Shown here: positions 59,521-64,000 of the stretch, one piece after another
Layout: every line of letters begins with the position of its first letter
Position numbering within the stretch: the stretch's first letter is position 1
From: Hyalangium minutum
GTDB lineage: Bacteria; Myxococcota; Myxococcia; Myxococcales; Myxococcaceae
Assembly: GCF_000737315.1 (NCBI RefSeq)
Contig: NZ_JMCB01000008.1
Location: 525,980-589,979 of the forward strand
DNA length: 64,000 nucleotides
Direction: 5' to 3'
The notes under the pieces: generated by a model
The model's input: only the letters and a program-made list of their open reading frames with translations
Told to the model about the DNA's origin: nothing
Databases searched by the model: none
Position numbers and translations under genes: made by a program

Positions 59521-59654
59521 GCGCCCATCCTGCCCGAAATTCCCGGCCGATGGTGGCACCTGGAGAAGGCGCGTGAAAGCCCCCCGGGATGCGGAGGTGT
59601 CCCCTCACGGAGTGATACGCTTCGCCCCCTCATTCACCGGAGAGCCGCTCCACC

Positions 59655-59981
59655 ATGCCCCACGTCTTTCACAGCCCGCTGACCACGCTGATGGGAGCAA
59701 CGAGCGGCTGCGCTCCAGGCTGCGGCTGCGACGACGACATTCCCGTCCCAGACCCGCACCAGGTGGCCGCCTGGGTCCAGGAGGCCGGCGAGGCCAAGGC
59801 GCGCAAGGCGCTCGGGCAGTTGCAGCGCGTCATCGAGCGCAAGCAGCTGCAGAACATGAAGGACATCCAGCGGCAGGTGGGCCGCACCTTCGCCGGCCCC
59901 GTGCAGTTGGAGGCGTGGCTGCGCGAGTGGGAGCAGGCCCTGCTCGCGGCGCTGGAGCCTCCGAAGGAAGAGCCGCGCTGA
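59655..59981 (+). CDS. Small hypothetical protein with CAPGCGC motif
   Basis: GGAG RBS, ATG, 108 aa, helical C-terminus. Confidence 0.6.
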   Translation: MPHVFHSPLTTLMGATSGCAPGCGCDDDIPVPDPHQVAAWVQEAGEAKARKALGQLQRVIERKQLQNMKDIQRQVGRTFAGPVQLEAWLREWEQALLAALEPPKEEPR

Positions 59982-60085
59982 GCCTCTCCCCTCGGCACCG
60001 AGAGATGGACAACTCCCCGGGCCATGGGCTGTCGTTGGGCCCGAGCCCGCATGACGCTCGAACATTTGGAAGAGGATCCCTGACA

Positions 60086-60622
60086 ATGAGCACCCTGGAT
60101 GAGAAAGCGCTGTCGGAGCTCTGGGACCAGCACATGGCGGCCGAGTTCGGCATGAAGGACGTCGAGAAGATCCTGGCGACGATGGCCCCCCACCCCTCCG
60201 TCAACCACGTCCCGGTGATGATGGGCGCCATCGGCCGGGAGCAGGTGCGCGAGTTCTATACGAATTTCTTCCTGCCGCAGCTCCCCCCGGATCTGGAGAA
60301 CATCCCCATCTCACGGACCATCGGGCAAGGGCGGCTCGTCGACGAGTTCGTCGCGCGCTTCACCCACTCCATCCAGATCGACTGGCTGCTGCCCGGCATT
60401 CCCCCCACGGGCAAGGTCCTCGAGTTCGCCATCGCGGCCATCATCCAATTCGAGAACGACAAGATCCTCAGCGAGCGCCTCTACTGGGATCAGGCGTCGA
60501 TCCTCGTGCAGTTGGGGCTCATCGACCGCTCCCTGCCCGTGCTGGGAGCGGAGATCGCGCATCAGGTCATCCAGCCTGTCCAGCCGATGAATGCGCTGCT
60601 CCAGCGCGCGCACAAGCGCTAA
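60086..60622 (+). CDS. SnoaL-like ester cyclase family protein
   Basis: WDQHMAAEF..VNHVPVMMG..LVDEF..FTHSIQIDWLLPGIPPTGK..ERLYWDQAS. Confidence 0.88.
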   Translation: MSTLDEKALSELWDQHMAAEFGMKDVEKILATMAPHPSVNHVPVMMGAIGREQVREFYTNFFLPQLPPDLENIPISRTIGQGRLVDEFVARFTHSIQIDWLLPGIPPTGKVLEFAIAAIIQFENDKILSERLYWDQASILVQLGLIDRSLPVLGAEIAHQVIQPVQPMNALLQRAHKR

Positions 60623-60655
60623 CCACCACACCGTGACAGGACAAGGAGTGTCACC

Positions 60656-61438
60656 ATGAAGGGATTGAAGGACAAGGTCGCCATCGTCACCGGCGGCGCG
60701 ACATTGATTGGGGCCGGAGTGGTCCGTGCCTTTCAGGAGGCCGGCACACGGGTGATGATCGCGGACATCAACGCCGCCGGTGGCCAGACTGTGGCGCGCG
60801 AGCTGGGGCACGGGGTGGCCTTCCGCGCGACCGACGTCACGGATGACGCCCAGATCGACGCATGCGTCGCCGAGACGGTCGAGCGCTTCGGCGGCATCGA
60901 CTTCCTGGTCAACGCGGCCTGCACCTATGTGGACCACGGCCTGGCGTCGAGCCGCAAGGACTGGCTGGACTCGTACAACGTGAACGTGGTGGGCGGAGTG
61001 ATGATGGTGAAGGCCGTACGCCCGCACCTGGTGGCGCGAGGCGGGGGCGCCATCGTCCACTTCAGCAGCATCAGCGCCCAGGTGGCGCAGACAGGACGGT
61101 GGCTCTACCCGGCCACCAAGGCGGCCATCCTCCAGATCACCCGGAGCCAGGCCATGGACCTCGCGCCTGACAAGATCCGGGTCAACGCCGTCTCTCCGGG
61201 CTGGATCTGGAGCCGGCCCATGGACGAGGCGACCCACGGCAACAAGGCCGCGATCCAAGCCATCGCGGGGAAGTTCCACCTGCCCGGCCGCATCGGTGAG
61301 CCGGAGGAAGTGGCCCAGGCCGTGCTCTTCCTCTGCTCTGACAATGCCTCCTTCATCACCGGCACGGACATCGCCGTGGACGGCGGCTACTCGACGATGG
61401 GGCCCGAACGGGCGGAGCCTCCCTCCCCCTCAAAGTAG
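60656..61438 (+). CDS. SDR family oxidoreductase
   Basis: IVTGGATLIG, LVNAA, YPATK, IRVNAVSPG. Confidence 0.92.
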   Translation: MKGLKDKVAIVTGGATLIGAGVVRAFQEAGTRVMIADINAAGGQTVARELGHGVAFRATDVTDDAQIDACVAETVERFGGIDFLVNAACTYVDHGLASSRKDWLDSYNVNVVGGVMMVKAVRPHLVARGGGAIVHFSSISAQVAQTGRWLYPATKAAILQITRSQAMDLAPDKIRVNAVSPGWIWSRPMDEATHGNKAAIQAIAGKFHLPGRIGEPEEVAQAVLFLCSDNASFITGTDIAVDGGYSTMGPERAEPPSPSK

Positions 61439-61726
61439 GCACACGCACTGCCCGTTCACTGCCGCGCGGCGGTGTGACACACCCTCGGCGTAAACTGCCG
61501 CCCGTGCTACTGAGTCATGCGCCTTCCATCCCACCTGTGAGATAGGAACACACAGGAGCATGGCTCGACACGGTGCCAGAATTCGTGTGCTATGTGCGCG
61601 CCGCGGGGTGCATGCGCTGACCCATTCTCGATGGAGAGAGCTCTCCTCTGAACGTGACACTCAGAGGAGTGGAAGCAGCAGACCCTTCGGTGATTTCGGG
61701 GACACGGCAGAAGGGGGCACCTGACA

Positions 61727-62338
61727 ATGAGAACATTCGTGGAGTACAGCGGGTTTCAGGTCTTCGGAGGCACTGTGCTGACCTTTATCGAAGGCTTCAG
61801 CACCTTCACGCTCCTGGCCCATCAGTTCTTGATGGACGAGCAGGTGGGCACCAGCGATGCCGCAGGAAACTTCGTCATCGACAAAGAGAAGCTCTACCCC
61901 ATGCCCAATCTCTTGAGGGCATTCGCGCGGATGGGCCGGGAGTTTGGGGACCTGCCCCTGTACCGGGCGGGGCTCACGATTCAGAAAAACGCCGCCTATC
62001 CCCCGTCCATGCTGAGCCTGGGGCTCGTCGAGGCCATCCCCTTCCTGGACGTGGGCTACTACCTGAACCACGCCTGCCGGGACGGACTGCCCTTGTTCGA
62101 CGTCACCAAGAACGAGATGCGGTACTCGGGAGGCATTGGCCACTATTCGTTCAAGGGCGTGCCCGGCAAGAAGGAGATCAAAGGCTTCGTGGATGCCCCG
62201 TATCCCTGTCCCTATGGGCACGGAGTCGTCCTCGGAGTGGCTCAGCGCTTCGAGCCTTCCGCCACCGTGACGCATGACTCCGGCCCCTGCCGCAAGACCG
62301 GGGACAAGGCCTGCTTCTACACGGTCAAGTGGACCTGA
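61727..62338 (+). CDS. V4R-like small-ligand-binding protein
   Basis: GIGHY..PYPC..GVVLG..H..CRKTGDKACFYTVKW C-terminal Cys pattern. Confidence 0.65.
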   Translation: MRTFVEYSGFQVFGGTVLTFIEGFSTFTLLAHQFLMDEQVGTSDAAGNFVIDKEKLYPMPNLLRAFARMGREFGDLPLYRAGLTIQKNAAYPPSMLSLGLVEAIPFLDVGYYLNHACRDGLPLFDVTKNEMRYSGGIGHYSFKGVPGKKEIKGFVDAPYPCPYGHGVVLGVAQRFEPSATVTHDSGPCRKTGDKACFYTVKWT

Positions 62339-62515
62339 CTGCGGTGCCAGTAGGCCGCAGCCTTGAGCCAGTCACTCGGATGCCGGCGCTCGTCGGCGAA
62401 GTGAGTCCGTAGGTCGCGAACGATGGCAGCCTCGCCGGCAATCCAGACGAAGCCATCCCCGGCGGGAGGAGAGAAACCAGCGAGCGCACGGCGCAGCAGC
62501 TCGCCGTCGTGCTCG
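62320..62515 (-). pseudogene. C-terminal fragment of a siderophore-interacting protein
   Basis: DGFVWIAGEAAIVRDLRTHF..WLKAAAYW SIP C-domain motif; the N-terminal FAD-binding domain is absent. Confidence 0.65.
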
Positions 62516-62677
62516 CTCGGCTCGCCGCGCACAACCCAGAAGGTTGCTGGAGCTCATAGACCGCAGGACCGAAAATTCCGCCGATCTGACCTGAATCCTC
62601 GCTCTCCCGCGCATCGAGCTCCCGACGCATCTTCGGGTCTCATCGCCCGCCTCTCGCGGGCCTCCCGAGGACACGTC

Positions 62678-63409
62678 ATGGCTCACGAACACCCCTCCCA
62701 CTCCGTCCACCACATCGTGCCGGGCTTTGGCGCCGACCGCGCCGCCCACTACGACGCTCAGGCGTCCATCAACCTCGCCGGCGCCCAGGCGTTGTACGAG
62801 CTCGGCGTTAGCGCGACGACCGCCCAGCTTGACGGCCAGGACACGGCGTCACTGCTCTTCGTGGGACTGGGCACGGGCGCGGAGCTGGTGCCCTATACCC
62901 GCTTCAACGTGCCGGGCTGGCGCTTCACGGGCGTGGATCCCTCCGACGCCATGCTTGCTGTCGCCCGTAAGCGCCTGGAGGACGAAGGGCTGCTCTCGCG
63001 CACGCACCTGCACGTGGGCGAGCTGCACACCCTGCCTCCCAGCCCTCCGTTCGACGGCGCGCAGATGATGGGAGTCCTCCACCATGTGGAGGGCGAGGAG
63101 GCCCGCCTCGAACTCCTGCGCGAGGTGACCCGGCGGCTCAAGCCCGGAGCGCCCCTCGTGCTGGGCTGCCGCGTCGGCATGGACCCCGAGCTGATGAACG
63201 TGGAGCTGCGGCGATGGCGAGCGTATGGAGTCCCTACGGACGAGCTGGAGCACCGGCGCCAGCGCTTCGCGATGATACGGCCCATCGAGTCTGATGCCGC
63301 CCTGTTCGCGATGTTCGCCCGGACCGGACTGGTGGCGCCGCGGACGCTCTTCGTCTCGCTGCAGTACAAGGTCTTCCTCGCGCGCTTCGAGCCTGGAGCC
63401 GCCGGCTGA
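62678..63409 (+). CDS. Class I SAM-dependent methyltransferase
   Basis: LLFVGLGTGAEL, FTGVDPSDAML, VLHH..RRLKPGAPL. Confidence 0.88.
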   Translation: MAHEHPSHSVHHIVPGFGADRAAHYDAQASINLAGAQALYELGVSATTAQLDGQDTASLLFVGLGTGAELVPYTRFNVPGWRFTGVDPSDAMLAVARKRLEDEGLLSRTHLHVGELHTLPPSPPFDGAQMMGVLHHVEGEEARLELLREVTRRLKPGAPLVLGCRVGMDPELMNVELRRWRAYGVPTDELEHRRQRFAMIRPIESDAALFAMFARTGLVAPRTLFVSLQYKVFLARFEPGAAG

Positions 63410-63633
63410 GGACGGTCATCGCGCCGGCCTCTTCCGTTATTCGCCGGAGTGTCCTTCCTCTGGGAGCACGGCCAGTGGACAGTCAATGCGGCGAAGAGGC
63501 TACCGAGTTTTCACGGAGCTCGAACACTGCCTCGAGTACTCGGCCTTCGCCGTCGATGGAGCGGACGGGCTGTGCATGGTCGTCTATGCGCCAGCCGCCA
63601 CCGGCCGATGCTCGGGTGATAAAGCTGCTTCTC

Positions 63634-63945
63634 TTACGCAAACCTCCCGCGACCTGAGCCAGCCCGCTTTACCCGGCCTCCCATCCTTCTCATGCTTCTG
63701 CCCAGGGTCCAGGCCACTGCCAGCAGGGCCCAAGTGGCTGAAAAGGTGGGGGCGGCGGCACAGCTCCAGCCGTAATGGCTCCGCAGGATCGCGAAGCGGT
63801 GCTCGTCGGAACTCGGGCTGCGATTGCCGGCCGCATCCCTGGCCATGGCGGAAACGAAGTGGTACCCAAATTCCAGCTTCGTGGGCACAGTGAAGCTCCA
63901 ATGTAACCGTTCACCGGGAGGGACTTGGTTGGGGAGAGAGCAGCC
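63634..63945 (-). pseudogene. 3' portion of an Ig-like/MYXO-CTERM protein, in-frame stop upstream
   Basis: WSFTVP..AMARDAAGNRS..SHYGWSC-hydrophobic-RR; an in-frame TAG lies near the window edge. Confidence 0.5.
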
Positions 63946-64000
63946 GGAGTAGAACCCTATTGAGCAGGTAGGCCGTGCCGTGTTCTACCTGCTGAGTGAG

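Overview
GC-rich myxobacterial-type DNA: MYXO-CTERM proteins, lipoprotein toxin/immunity pairs, an FHA-sigma54 activator and several Ser/Thr kinases. The left two-thirds (about 1-42.3 kb) is an accessory mosaic. It holds seven same-strand copies of the tmRNA (ssrA) 3' end that look like attachment-site remnants, several preceded by a shared arm sequence. It also holds repeated end fragments of an IS91-like rolling-circle element, a tRNA-Arg 3' half and a single CRISPR-type repeat. No intact integrase or transposase is present. Cargo between these scars includes a secreted two-domain BPI/LBP/CETP-like protein (an animal-type lipid-binding fold) and three candidate anti-phage modules: a stand-alone OLD-type ATPase-TOPRIM nuclease, a pseudokinase-nucleosidase-kinase fusion, and a Septu-like HNH-ATPase fusion plus a second HNH gene. 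There are also intact and internally deleted toxin/immunity pairs, Kelch/TSP3/RCC1 repeat proteins and small redox/metabolic cassettes. From about 42.4 kb onward the genes look like ordinary chromosomal content (signalling operon, serine hydrolase, FadD, MATE, S1 protease, SDR, methyltransferase). All family calls come from motif recognition by eye; no database search was run.
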